Positions 36,044 to 45,436 are shown, numbered from the stretch's first letter. The stretch is DNA of 64,000 nt from Janthinobacterium sp. (GCA_025360045.1 JANYCY010000087.1:23398-87397), one strand, 5' to 3'. Notes: generated from the letters alone by a model not told the origin. Numbers and translations: made by a program.

Positions 36044-36652
36044 ATGAAAACAATAACATTGGCTTTTACCGGCGCATCCGGCCTGCCTTATGGTTTACGC
36101 ACGTTGGAATGCTTGCTGGCGGCGGGTTGTACCGTGCATGTGCTCTATACCCAAGCGGCGCAAATTGTGGCCAAGCAAGAGCTAGATGAAACTTGGCCTT
36201 CGCGTGCGGCAGATCTGGCGGTGCTTTTTCGCCAGCGTTATGGCGTTACTGATGAGTCGAAGCTGCAAGTTTTTGGTCAGCAAGAATGGTTTGCCCCTAT
36301 GGCATCCGGCTCTAATCCCGGCGATGGCATGATTGTTTGCCCCTGCACCATGGGCGCTTTATCGGCGATTGCGGTGGGCGCTTCGGATAATTTATTAGAG
36401 CGCGCTGCGGATGTGATGATTAAGGAAGGCAAAAAATTGGTCGTTGTTCCACGTGAAGCACCTTTTTCGGTGCTGCATCTGGAGAATATGCTCAAGCTAG
36501 CAAGGCTGGGCGTGGTGATCTTGCCACCTAATCCGGGCTTTTATCACCACCCTAAAACCATCGCCGATTTGGTTGATTTTGTGGTGGCAAGGATATTGGA
36601 TCAGTTCCAAATTCCGCATCAGCTGATGCAGCGCTGGGGGGATAAGGGATGA
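36044..36652 (+). CDS. ubiX: Flavin prenyltransferase UbiX
   Basis: TGASG, ASGS, PCTMGALSAIA.G.SDNLLERAADV.IKE, PREAPFS.LHLENM, PP.PGFYH. Confidence 0.97.
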   Translation: MKTITLAFTGASGLPYGLRTLECLLAAGCTVHVLYTQAAQIVAKQELDETWPSRAADLAVLFRQRYGVTDESKLQVFGQQEWFAPMASGSNPGDGMIVCPCTMGALSAIAVGASDNLLERAADVMIKEGKKLVVVPREAPFSVLHLENMLKLARLGVVILPPNPGFYHHPKTIADLVDFVVARILDQFQIPHQLMQRWGDKG

Positions 36653-38277
36653 ATTTAAAGATTGATTGGCCTTCATGGAAAGTCGGGTGCTTTGTCCTGC
36701 TTGCACTGTGGTTCTGGCCCTCGTTCGCTCCGCACGATCCTTGGAAGCCTGATGAAAGCTATATCCTTGGCCTAGTTTATGAATACACGCTGCGGGATAA
36801 CTGGCTAGTGCCGATGCTATCTGGCGAGCCATTTATGGAAAAACCGCCTCTGTTTTTCTGGACGGCAGCGGGCTTCTCCCGTTATGTATTTACCTGGCTG
36901 CCTGTGCACGCAGCGGCAAGGCTGGCTGCGGCATTTTATATAGCGCTGACTTTTATCTTTGCCGCTCTGGCCTCAGGGCAATTTGCTGCCCGCAGCCGAT
37001 CGAATAATCCATCGCAAGCCGCATGGCTCACCGCCATTTTGCTGGCAGGCACGTTGGGCTTGGTTGGCAATGGCCATCATATCCTGACCGATAGCGCCTT
37101 ATTTGCCAGCTTTGCCATCGCCCTCTACGCATTCTCCATCTTTCCAAACCGGTCACTCGCCAGCGGCCTGCTGATGGGTACTGCTTGGGGAATGGCGTTT
37201 TTGACTAAGGGTTTATTGGGGCCGGGCTGCCTTGGTTTGGCGGCTTTGCTGCTGCCGATTGTTGATCGCACTTACCGGCAAAAAACCTATTTACTGACGC
37301 TAAGTATCGCCCTGCTGGCCGCATTGCCCTGGTGGCTGATCTGGCCTTGGCGCTTATGGCTGGCCTCGCCCGAGTTATTCCACACTTGGTTTTGGGTGAA
37401 TAATCTTGGGCGTTTCTTAGGTGAGAATAATCTTGGCCCAGAATACGAGCGTGGCTTTTACCTGAAGATTCTGCCTTGGCACGCCTTCCCATTGATCCTC
37501 TATCTGCCGGTACTGTTTTTCAGGCAGCGCCTCGATGCGTTTAAAAACGCAGCCCCGGCTGCCCTGCTTTGCCTGCTGACTTACAGCATCTTATCGCTGG
37601 CTAAAACCTCGATGGAGCTATACGCCGTGCCAGCCGTGGTGGCGTTTGCCGTATGGATGGGCGCACAAGCATCCAGCGTCCCCGCCACTTTCGAGCGCCG
37701 CTTTGGCCTCGTCGCTCTGTGCTTAGTGGCCGTCAGTGCGTTATTGCTATGGTGGGCATGGGCCGCCCTCTATTTCGGCCTGCCCTTGCAAGCTCGCCTG
37801 CTGCATTTCTTACCGGGTTTTGCAGAAAAGCCAAACTGGCTGGGCGTGCTATCCGCGCTCGCACTCACCATCATCGTGTGGAATCTCGCTTGGCGAGCCC
37901 CTGCTTGGGCCAAACACCAGGGCGCAGTGCGCTGGCTGGCTGTGCTGGTCATGAGCTACGGCCTCGTCTTCAGCCTGCTACTACCCAGCTTAAATTACAG
38001 CAAAAGCTATAAACCCATGATGCTGGATTTAGCTACTCAGCTAGATAAAACCCAGTGTCTAGCTAGCTTTGGTCTAGGCGAGCACGAAAGAGGCAACTTC
38101 CACTACTACACCACAATGAGGGTGGAACGCTTTGAAATAGGCCGTGGCAAAGAATGCCCGCAGCTATTAATCCAAGGCAGCATCATGCCTGCGAATATTG
38201 GCGAATATAGCCTGTTGAAAAAAACCACAAGGGCTACGGATAAGGGCGAGGAGTTTAGTGTTTGGCGTAAGAAATAA
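36649..38277 (+). CDS. ArnT-like GT-C (GT39/GT83-type) lipid glycosyltransferase
   Basis: WKPDESY...WLVP.LSGEPFMEKPPLFFW, FLTKG..G, many TM segments; ATGA overlap with ubiX. Confidence 0.85.
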   Translation: MNLKIDWPSWKVGCFVLLALWFWPSFAPHDPWKPDESYILGLVYEYTLRDNWLVPMLSGEPFMEKPPLFFWTAAGFSRYVFTWLPVHAAARLAAAFYIALTFIFAALASGQFAARSRSNNPSQAAWLTAILLAGTLGLVGNGHHILTDSALFASFAIALYAFSIFPNRSLASGLLMGTAWGMAFLTKGLLGPGCLGLAALLLPIVDRTYRQKTYLLTLSIALLAALPWWLIWPWRLWLASPELFHTWFWVNNLGRFLGENNLGPEYERGFYLKILPWHAFPLILYLPVLFFRQRLDAFKNAAPAALLCLLTYSILSLAKTSMELYAVPAVVAFAVWMGAQASSVPATFERRFGLVALCLVAVSALLLWWAWAALYFGLPLQARLLHFLPGFAEKPNWLGVLSALALTIIVWNLAWRAPAWAKHQGAVRWLAVLVMSYGLVFSLLLPSLNYSKSYKPMMLDLATQLDKTQCLASFGLGEHERGNFHYYTTMRVERFEIGRGKECPQLLIQGSIMPANIGEYSLLKKTTRATDKGEEFSVWRKK

Positions 38278-38544
38278 TAAATATTGCTTACTTTTTGCTG
38301 ATATTATGCTGGGTTAGTTGTTTGGTTTTTGGCTGTGCGAATAATGTGCAAGTTTCGCTGAATAGGGAGTAGGCATTTTTCAGCATCGTATTATTCTTGC
38401 GATGCCTAGCCCCTTAGGGCCGCTTCGTTTTATCAATCGCTCGAAGCTAACTTCGCTTTATCGCCAAGCCTGAAAAGCGGGTTACCCCGGCGGCTAACTC
38501 GCTTTTCAGGATTTCCTTAACTCTATGTTTGGAAATAGAAAGTA

Positions 38545-38823
38545 ATGACCATCATTTACATCATTGCGCTACTCCTTTTCTTTGCTGCAATCTTTTATTA
38601 CACAATGTATATGCCCTCTGCCCAAAAAGATTGGGAGCGTCTTCCGACGCTGGACGAATACTTAGCTAAAAATCCAACTGCAAAACATGGCGAAAAGATT
38701 TCATGCTCAAAATGCGGTTATACAGAGCAACTTGATACTGGTTTGATTCGAATCACTGATTACCGCAGAAAGCTGATGTGTACGAAATGTAAAAAAATAT
38801 TGTGGCGCGAAGAAGAAAAATAA
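38545..38823 (+). CDS. Small protein with N-terminal TM and a CxxC...CxxC zinc ribbon
   Basis: MTIIYIIALLLFFAAIFYY TM; CSKC and CTKC. Confidence 0.7.
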   Translation: MTIIYIIALLLFFAAIFYYTMYMPSAQKDWERLPTLDEYLAKNPTAKHGEKISCSKCGYTEQLDTGLIRITDYRRKLMCTKCKKILWREEEK

Positions 38824-38967
38824 ATTCATTCATATTTCGGTACTTGAGAATCCCCCCTTAAATAACTGGGGGTAGAGTCCTGTATGGTGGGGGGGCTTTA
38901 TCAACCCGCGCAGCGTGATAAAGCCATAAAGCCAACCCAATTATCACGCGGCTTGTCATGCTTAAAT

Positions 38968-38999
38968 CGCGGGTTACGCCTGCGGCTAACCCGCCCTAC
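38968..38999. repeat. Single GTAG-type REP arm
   Basis: GCGGGTTACGCCTGCGGCTAACCCGCCCTAC; similar hairpin at 38487-38530. Confidence 0.65.
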
Positions 39000-39049
39000 A
39001 GGGCTATATCTTGCTAATGCATAAGGAGGGTAATAATGAGCTACAGCTA

Positions 39050-39131
39050 GTAGCTTGGGCTAAAGCTTTACCTGCCCAACATTTAAATATGCGCCGCAAC
39101 TCGTTGGGCAGATAAACCTTGCCCAACCTAC
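39050..39131. repeat. GTAG-type REP doublet (class 2)
   Basis: GTAGCTTGGGC...GCCCAACA...GTTGGGCAG...GCCCAACCTAC. Confidence 0.75.
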
Positions 39132-39163
39132 GTGTTAATCAATAACACGCTTATGGAATCGCC

Positions 39164-39820
39164 ATGATTTTACCTAGCCTGCTGCAATCCTCCTCCCCGC
39201 GCACTTGGCTGTTCTACGGCGACAGCATTACCCATGGTGTGCTGCATACAGCGGGCGCGCGTTGTTTTAGTGAGCACTTTACCGAGCGGCTGCGTTTTGA
39301 GCTGGAGCGGCCGGATGATGTGGTGCTCAATACGGCCTGCTCCGGGCATAACACGCGGCAGATGCTGAGCCATTTCCCCCTGCGCGTGGAGCGCTTTAAG
39401 CCGGATGTAGTGCTGCTGATGGCCGGAATGAACGATTGCAACAGCAGGCTGGCCGATGGGCAATATGTGCCGCTGGACGAGTTCTGCGCCAATTTGGCCT
39501 CGATGATCTCCGCCGTGCGGGGCTGGGGCGGCGAGGTGATTTTGCAGACTGTTACCCCAGTGTTGCCGGGGCTGGCCTCGGAGAGGGAGCTGACGCTGCC
39601 ACTATACAATGCGGCCATCCGTAATCTGGCGGCAGAGCTGGCCGTACCCCTGGTTGACCATGCCGCCGTGTGGGAAGCCCTCGCCGCAAAGTTGCCCGTC
39701 TATATGGCCGATGCCTTTCACCCCAACGCCCACGGCCACGTTCTGCTGGCACACACGCTATTTCGCGCACTGGGGGTGTTTGATGAGGCAGCGCCCAGCT
39801 GTGGATTGTTTTTGCCTTGA
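39164..39820 (+). CDS. SGNH/GDSL-family hydrolase
   Basis: FYGDSIT (Ser), SGH, AGMND (Asn), DAFHP (DxxH). Confidence 0.92.
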   Translation: MILPSLLQSSSPRTWLFYGDSITHGVLHTAGARCFSEHFTERLRFELERPDDVVLNTACSGHNTRQMLSHFPLRVERFKPDVVLLMAGMNDCNSRLADGQYVPLDEFCANLASMISAVRGWGGEVILQTVTPVLPGLASERELTLPLYNAAIRNLAAELAVPLVDHAAVWEALAAKLPVYMADAFHPNAHGHVLLAHTLFRALGVFDEAAPSCGLFLP

Positions 39821-40027
39821 GTGTATTTTTTGCCTGAATAGCCGAGGATACGGTGTGTTGCCTTTTGTTTTCAGCGCCCCCCCTTTACTTCCAATATTCA
39901 CCACCTACACGCTTAGCCAGCAATATAAGAATACCTGATACCGATAAGCGTTTACGAAGCGCAGGACTATGGTTGAAAAACAAGGGATAATGCGGTCAAA
40001 AATGCGCATTATTTAAGGAATTCTTCC

Positions 40028-42229
40028 ATGGAAATTAAGGTCAATTTTCTCGATAAGCTTCGTCTTGAAGCCAAGTTCGATGATTTCACGGTGATCGCCG
40101 ATCAGCCTATCCGCTATAAGGGCGATGGCTCGGCGCCGGGCCCATTCGATTACTTTTTAGCTTCATCTGCCTTGTGCGCGGCTTATTTTGTGAAGTTGTA
40201 CTGCGAAACCCGCAATATTCCTACCGAGAATATCCGCCTGTCGCAGAACAATATTGTTGATCCGGAAAACCGCTACCAGCAGATTTTTAAGATTCAGGTG
40301 GAGTTGCCTGCGGATATTTCTGCTAAAGATAGGCAGGGCATTTTGCGCTCTATCGACCGTTGCACCGTAAAAAAAGTCGTGCAAACTGGCCCAGAGTTTG
40401 TCATTGAAGAGGTAGAGAGTTTAGAGGCCGATTCTCAAGCCTTGCTGACCTTAAATTCATCCGACGCCGCCACCTATATCGTGGGCAAGGATCTGCCGCT
40501 TGAGCAGACCATCGCCAATATGTCGGGCCTGCTGGCCGACCTAGGTATCAAAATTGAAATCGCTTCATGGCGCAATATTGTGCCTAATGTGTGGTCGCTG
40601 CATATCCGCGATGCACACTCGCCCATGTGTTTTACTAATGGCAAAGGCGCAAGCAAAGAAAGTGCGCTGGCGTCCGCGCTGGGCGAGTATATCGAGCGGA
40701 TCAGCTGCAATCATTTTTATGCTGGTCAGTATTGGGGCGAAGAGCTCGCCAATGCGGAATTTGTGCATTACCCGCAAGAGCGCTGGTTTAAACCTGGCCC
40801 TAAAAATGCCCTGCCGCTTGAAATACTGGATGACTACTGCCGTGAAATTTACAATCCAGATGGCGAATTACTAGGCACGCATCTGTATGACACCAATTCC
40901 GGCAATACAGAGCGCGGTATCTGCTCGCTGCCCTTTGTGCGCCAGTCGGATGGCGAAACGGTGTATTTCCCATCCAATCTGATCGAAAACCTCTATGTAA
41001 GCAATGGCATGAGCGCGGGCAATACGCTGGCCGAAGCGCAGGTGCAATGCCTTTCAGAGATTTTTGAGCGCGCAGTAAAGCGCGAAATTTTAGAAGGCGA
41101 AATCACCCTGCCGGATGTGCCGCAGGAAGTCTTGGCGAAATACCCTAGCATTCTGGCTGGGATTGCTGGCCTTGAAGAACAAGGCTTCCCCGTACTAGTC
41201 AAAGATGCATCGCTCGGCGGTGTTTATCCAGTAATGTGCGTCACCCTGATGAATCCGCGTACCGGCGGTGTATTTGCCTCATTCGGCGCGCACCCAAGTT
41301 TAGAAGTGGCCTTAGAGCGCAGCCTGACCGAATTACTGCAAGGCCGCAGCTTTGAAGGCCTGAACGATCTGCCACGGCCGACCTTTGAAAGCCATGCTTT
41401 AACTGAGCCAAATAACTTTGTTGAGCATTTCATCGATTCGAGCGGTATTGTTTCATGGCGCTTTTTCAGTGCGAAATCGAATTACCAATTTGTTGAATGG
41501 GATTTCTCCAGCGAAGGTGAAAACGCCAATACCGAAGAAGCCGCGGCCCTGTTCGGCATTCTGAAAGACTTGGGCAAAGAGTCCTATATGGCGGTCTACG
41601 ATCAATTAGGCGCCACAGCCTGCCGCATTCTGGTGCCCGCCTATTCAGAAATTTATCTGATAGAAGATTTGATCTGGGATAACACCAATAAAGCGCTGCT
41701 GTTCCGCGAAGACATCTTGAATCTGCATAGGCTGGATAATGCCGCCCTCTCCGCGCTGCTCTATCGCCTGGAAGACAACGAGCTGGGTGATTACTCCAAG
41801 GTATCGGATTTAATTGGCATCAAGTTTGACGAGAACACGGTGTGGGGCCAGCTGACCGTGCTGGAATTAAAACTGCTGATTAATCTGGCCTTACAGCACT
41901 TTGCAGACGCACACGATCTGGTCGGCGCCTTCCTGCAATACAACGACAACACTCTGGAGCGAGTCCTGTTTTATCAGGCCCTCAATGCCGTGCTGGATGT
42001 ATTACTGGATGATGAGCTGGAGCTGGCAGACTACGAAGTCAACTTCCGCCGCATGTTTGGCAATCCACGCATGGACGCAGCACTAGGCTCCGCCGACGGC
42101 AGCGTGCGTTTCTTTGGTTTAACAGAAACCAGCATGAAACTGGAAGGCTTAGATAAGCATCATCGCTTGATCGACAGCTACAAAAAACTGCATGCGGCGC
42201 GAAGCAGTTTTGCGGCAAAGCCTGTTTAG
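40028..42229 (+). CDS. OsmC-domain/YcaO-domain fusion protein
   Basis: N-terminal ADQP...GDGSAPGPFDYFLASSALC...IDRC (OsmC); then GKDLPLEQTI, TNGKG, ASALGEYIER, SNGMSAGNT..EA..QCLSEIFER (E. coli YcaO-type ATP/Mg motifs). Confidence 0.92.
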   Translation: MEIKVNFLDKLRLEAKFDDFTVIADQPIRYKGDGSAPGPFDYFLASSALCAAYFVKLYCETRNIPTENIRLSQNNIVDPENRYQQIFKIQVELPADISAKDRQGILRSIDRCTVKKVVQTGPEFVIEEVESLEADSQALLTLNSSDAATYIVGKDLPLEQTIANMSGLLADLGIKIEIASWRNIVPNVWSLHIRDAHSPMCFTNGKGASKESALASALGEYIERISCNHFYAGQYWGEELANAEFVHYPQERWFKPGPKNALPLEILDDYCREIYNPDGELLGTHLYDTNSGNTERGICSLPFVRQSDGETVYFPSNLIENLYVSNGMSAGNTLAEAQVQCLSEIFERAVKREILEGEITLPDVPQEVLAKYPSILAGIAGLEEQGFPVLVKDASLGGVYPVMCVTLMNPRTGGVFASFGAHPSLEVALERSLTELLQGRSFEGLNDLPRPTFESHALTEPNNFVEHFIDSSGIVSWRFFSAKSNYQFVEWDFSSEGENANTEEAAALFGILKDLGKESYMAVYDQLGATACRILVPAYSEIYLIEDLIWDNTNKALLFREDILNLHRLDNAALSALLYRLEDNELGDYSKVSDLIGIKFDENTVWGQLTVLELKLLINLALQHFADAHDLVGAFLQYNDNTLERVLFYQALNAVLDVLLDDELELADYEVNFRRMFGNPRMDAALGSADGSVRFFGLTETSMKLEGLDKHHRLIDSYKKLHAARSSFAAKPV

Positions 42230-42254
42230 GACCAGCAATTCTAAATCACACCTT

Positions 42255-42303
42255 GTAGGAGCGCCGTTAATAGCGCTGCACTCGCGGATAAATCCGCTCC
42301 TAC
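42255..42303. repeat. GTAG-type REP (class 3)
   Basis: GTAGGAGCG...GCGGATAAATCCGCTCCTAC. Confidence 0.75.
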
Positions 42304-42536
42304 GGGGGGATTAATTAATTTCTATCAATTTAGAGTTGCCGATTTAGGATAAATAGAGTTGTCGTGCGTAGTCGCCAAAAAAGTCACTACGCAAATAAGA
42401 TAAAGCGAGGAATGTCGTAAGAAATAATTTATTTTGCTTACCATTTGCTGATACTGTTCTGAGTAAATCGCCGTGATATCGCATACCTATGTCTGATCTC
42501 TCAAATAAATAGTGGCTTAATCATTTAATTAGCAAG

Positions 42537-42992
42537 GTGACAATAATGATAGGTATTGGTCATTTTTCTTTTCTAATTGGCGCAGGGATTGCTCTCTTTG
42601 GCGCGTTAATTCATTGGGTTGCACCGCTTATTGGCCCAGATTGGTACGCCTTTCTTACCGCGCCAAGGTGGGTGGTTGATTCAGCTCGAAATGGAACGTT
42701 AGAGGCGCCGCTTAGCGCGGTGTTGATTGGTTTTTTGATGTTCACTTGCGCCGTATATGCGTTTTCTGGTGCTGGCGTGATGAAGCGCTTGCCTTTGCTA
42801 AGAACAGGATTGATCGTTATTTCTAGTATTTGTTTGCTGAGGGGGCTGCTGCTGGTGCCATTGTTGATAAGGGTGCCTGAACTATTGAGCGCCTTTGATA
42901 TTGTTGGCTCCGTTGTTTGGTTTGTGGCAGGTCTTGGTTTCTTTGTTGGCACGATTAAAAATTGGGCATCTCTTAGATTAAACGTTAGGTGA
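42537..42992 (+). CDS. Hypothetical four-TM membrane protein
   Basis: Four hydrophobic segments; GPDWY.FL.AP and RLPLLRTGL..I..I.LLRG patterns; start uncertain (GTG 42537 or ATG 42546). Confidence 0.75.
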   Translation: MTIMIGIGHFSFLIGAGIALFGALIHWVAPLIGPDWYAFLTAPRWVVDSARNGTLEAPLSAVLIGFLMFTCAVYAFSGAGVMKRLPLLRTGLIVISSICLLRGLLLVPLLIRVPELLSAFDIVGSVVWFVAGLGFFVGTIKNWASLRLNVR

Positions 42993-43204
42993 TCGCTTTC
43001 TTCGTGCGATATACGCGGTCTGCCAAAGAAGCGCTTTATTACGTAGCGCCGGTGGGCGAAAAAGAAGAATACGTGGCGAGAGCGATGAAGAATATTGCGA
43101 TGTATTTGGCTTGATTTTGAAGCTGGTGGTGTTGAGGTTCAAATGCGCCTAAACGCGAGTCCTGTGTTTAGGATGTGGCTAGAAATAAACCTCGATATGA
43201 CAAG

Positions 43205-43280
43205 CCGTCATCCCCGAGTGTTTTTATCGGGGATCCAGTGGTGTCGCTGGATTCCCGCCAAAGGCACACGGGAATGACGG
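43205..43280. repeat. dRS3-like repeat, copy 3 (orientation A)
   Basis: CCGTCATCCCCGAG...CGGGGATCCAG...CTGGATTCCCGCC...CGGGAATGACGG. Confidence 0.88.
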
Positions 43281-43316
43281 TGTTTCGGAAATGGGAAGTT
43301 AATAAGAACCAAATCC

Positions 43317-44666
43317 TTAGATTGCCAACTGCTTCAAACTTACCCTACGAAACAGTGCCATCAACGATAGTGCGGCGCAGGTGAGGGCGGCGACTAGGGC
43401 GATCCAATAGCCTTGCACGCCGTAGCCTGGCAGGGTGGAGGTGCCGAAGGTGAGCAAATAGCCTAGCGGAATGCCGATCACCCAGAAGGCGGTAAGGTGA
43501 ATGAGCATGGGGCCACGGGTGGATTTGTAGCCGCGTAATACGCCTGCCACCACCACTTGCGTGGCGTCTGAAAACTGGAAGAAGCCTGCCAATACCAGCA
43601 GCTGGCTGGCCAGCATCAGTACGACGGTATCGCTGGTGTAAAACCCTGCGATCAGGCGCGAGGCAAAAATCATGGTGGTGCCGGTTAATAAGGCGATGCA
43701 CAGGCCCATGCGAATGCCGCTCTGGCCAATAAAACGCGCCGCTTTATAATCCCCCGCACCAATCGCATGGCCTACCCTGACGGTAAGCGCCGTGCCGAGT
43801 GCCATCGGCACCATAAAGGTGAGCGATGAAAAATTCAGCGTGATTTGGTGTGCGGCTACGGTAACGGTGCCCAAGCTGGCAATCAGCAGGCCAATCAGGC
43901 TAAACGCGCTGACTTCCACAAAAAACATCATGCCAATCGGCAGGCCCAGCTTGATAAGTTGCTTTTGAGCATGCCAATCAATGCTTTGCCATGCGCGAAA
44001 TGGATGGGTGTTTTTGTAAACGTGGGCATAACGAATCCACGCGGCTAATAGCAAGAAATTAACCCATACGCAAAACGCCGTGGCCCAGCCGCAGCCTACG
44101 CCGCCCATGGCTGGAAAGCCCCAATGGCCGTAGATCAATACCCAGTTGCAAGGGATATTAAGCAAGAGGCAGAAGATGGAAATTACCATCATGGGCTTGG
44201 TTTGATTCAGTGCAGCGCTATAGCAATACAAAACGCGGTAGCAGGCAAAGGCAGGCAAGCCCCAGCTTACGGCTTTTAAGAATTCCCCAGCCTTATGCGC
44301 GACGACGGCTTCAAGGCCCAGATGGTTAAAAATTGGCACTAAAAAGCGAATTAAAATCAGGCCGATTAGGGCGAGGATCAAGGCTTGTAGCAGTGCTTGC
44401 TGGGTAAGATTCGGAATGGGCTTTAGATCATTTGCGCCAATTTTTTGCGCCACCAGCGGGCTAATCGCCAGTAAAAATCCCATCAGCGTTACCATCATGG
44501 TCACCCAGATGGACGAGCCCACCGATACCGCTGCCAGATCGCCTGCCGAAACATGGCCAGCCATCACCGCATCAATAAAGGCCGTGCCTGTGGTGGCAAG
44601 TTGCCCAATAGCAATGGGCCATGCAAGGTGCCAAGTGGCGCGAATATCGGCGAGTCGGGTGGTCAT
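43317..44666 (-). CDS. MATE-family efflux transporter (NorM-like)
   Basis: LAWPIAIGQL...IDAVMAGH...DLAAV, GGVGCGWAT, KLGLPIG...EV, AAHQI, FQFSDATQ...GVLRG. Confidence 0.95.
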   Translation of the reverse strand: MTTRLADIRATWHLAWPIAIGQLATTGTAFIDAVMAGHVSAGDLAAVSVGSSIWVTMMVTLMGFLLAISPLVAQKIGANDLKPIPNLTQQALLQALILALIGLILIRFLVPIFNHLGLEAVVAHKAGEFLKAVSWGLPAFACYRVLYCYSAALNQTKPMMVISIFCLLLNIPCNWVLIYGHWGFPAMGGVGCGWATAFCVWVNFLLLAAWIRYAHVYKNTHPFRAWQSIDWHAQKQLIKLGLPIGMMFFVEVSAFSLIGLLIASLGTVTVAAHQITLNFSSLTFMVPMALGTALTVRVGHAIGAGDYKAARFIGQSGIRMGLCIALLTGTTMIFASRLIAGFYTSDTVVLMLASQLLVLAGFFQFSDATQVVVAGVLRGYKSTRGPMLIHLTAFWVIGIPLGYLLTFGTSTLPGYGVQGYWIALVAALTCAALSLMALFRRVSLKQLAI

Positions 44667-44748
44667 AGTGATCTACATTTTTTGTGTTTGCTTGCAGTAG
44701 ATCAGTCTTTAAGGACTGGGCTCATATTAATTTCCCGCTACAAAACGT

Positions 44749-44823
44749 CGTCATTCCCGCGTGTCTTTGGCGGGAATCCAGCTGCGCTGCTGGATCCCCG
44801 ATAAAATCATTCGGGGATGACGG
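44749..44823. repeat. dRS3-like repeat, copy 4 (orientation B, inverted relative to copy 3)
   Basis: CGTCATTCCCGCG...GGCGGGAATCCAG...CTGGATCCCCGA...CGGGGATGACGG. Confidence 0.88.
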
Positions 44824-44873
44824 GGTGTTTGATAAGTTCAACGAGAAGCTATTTGGAGCCACATCCTAAGCTG

Positions 44874-45167
44874 CTACTTACGCAAGCAAAATGGATTAAT
44901 GGGTTCGTATTCGGCAAGTAAATCGGGATATCGTCGGCTAAACATTAGCGCATCTTGCAAATCGACATTCAAAATAACGATGCTGCCGTTGGCCAAATTT
45001 TCGGTACGAAAGCCTAAGCTGGTGGCTGCTGCAAAGGCCTTGGATAGGGCCAGTGGCGAGGTATTGCGTTTGGCATTGAGGCGCAGCCAGCTTTGTGTTT
45101 TCCAGCGCAGCGCGGGGTGGAGTTCGCGAGTGGCTTTTGTTAATTCTGGGGCTAGGCAGTCGTACAT
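44874..45167 (-). CDS. Hypothetical protein (97 aa)
   Basis: ORF with AGGA about 8 nt upstream; no recognisable motif. Confidence 0.4.
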   Translation of the reverse strand: MYDCLAPELTKATRELHPALRWKTQSWLRLNAKRNTSPLALSKAFAAATSLGFRTENLANGSIVILNVDLQDALMFSRRYPDLLAEYEPINPFCLRK

Positions 45168-45436
45168 GGCAGCATTCCTAATTCACATAGTGGGAAGCTG
45201 GTCGCAAGGCTTTTGATGTCGGATGCGGCCAACGCTTTAGCGATATTTCCCCTCATCTGTACTGCCGACTTGGGCGCGCCTCGCAAGTTGTCGATTAATA
45301 GGCGCGTAAAACAAAAAAACCCGCAACGCGGGTTACGCTGCTTTAGCTGCATTTATAAAGCGCCCGCAAGCTGGCAAAATCAACTCGGCGCTGTGTAGTT
45401 CATTTTGGCGGCGAGCGGCCTAGCTGTCAAGCAGCT

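Noticed and set aside
38365-38415. yybP-ykoY-like riboswitch (AGGGAGTAG...)
   Set aside because: Only the short purine motif matches; downstream conserved elements are absent and the next gene is not a Mn-related transporter
40028-42229. OsmC-YcaO as the modifying enzyme of the double-Gly precursor
   Set aside because: It is 27 kb away, is of the stand-alone E. coli YcaO type, and lacks RRE/E1 or dehydrogenase partners
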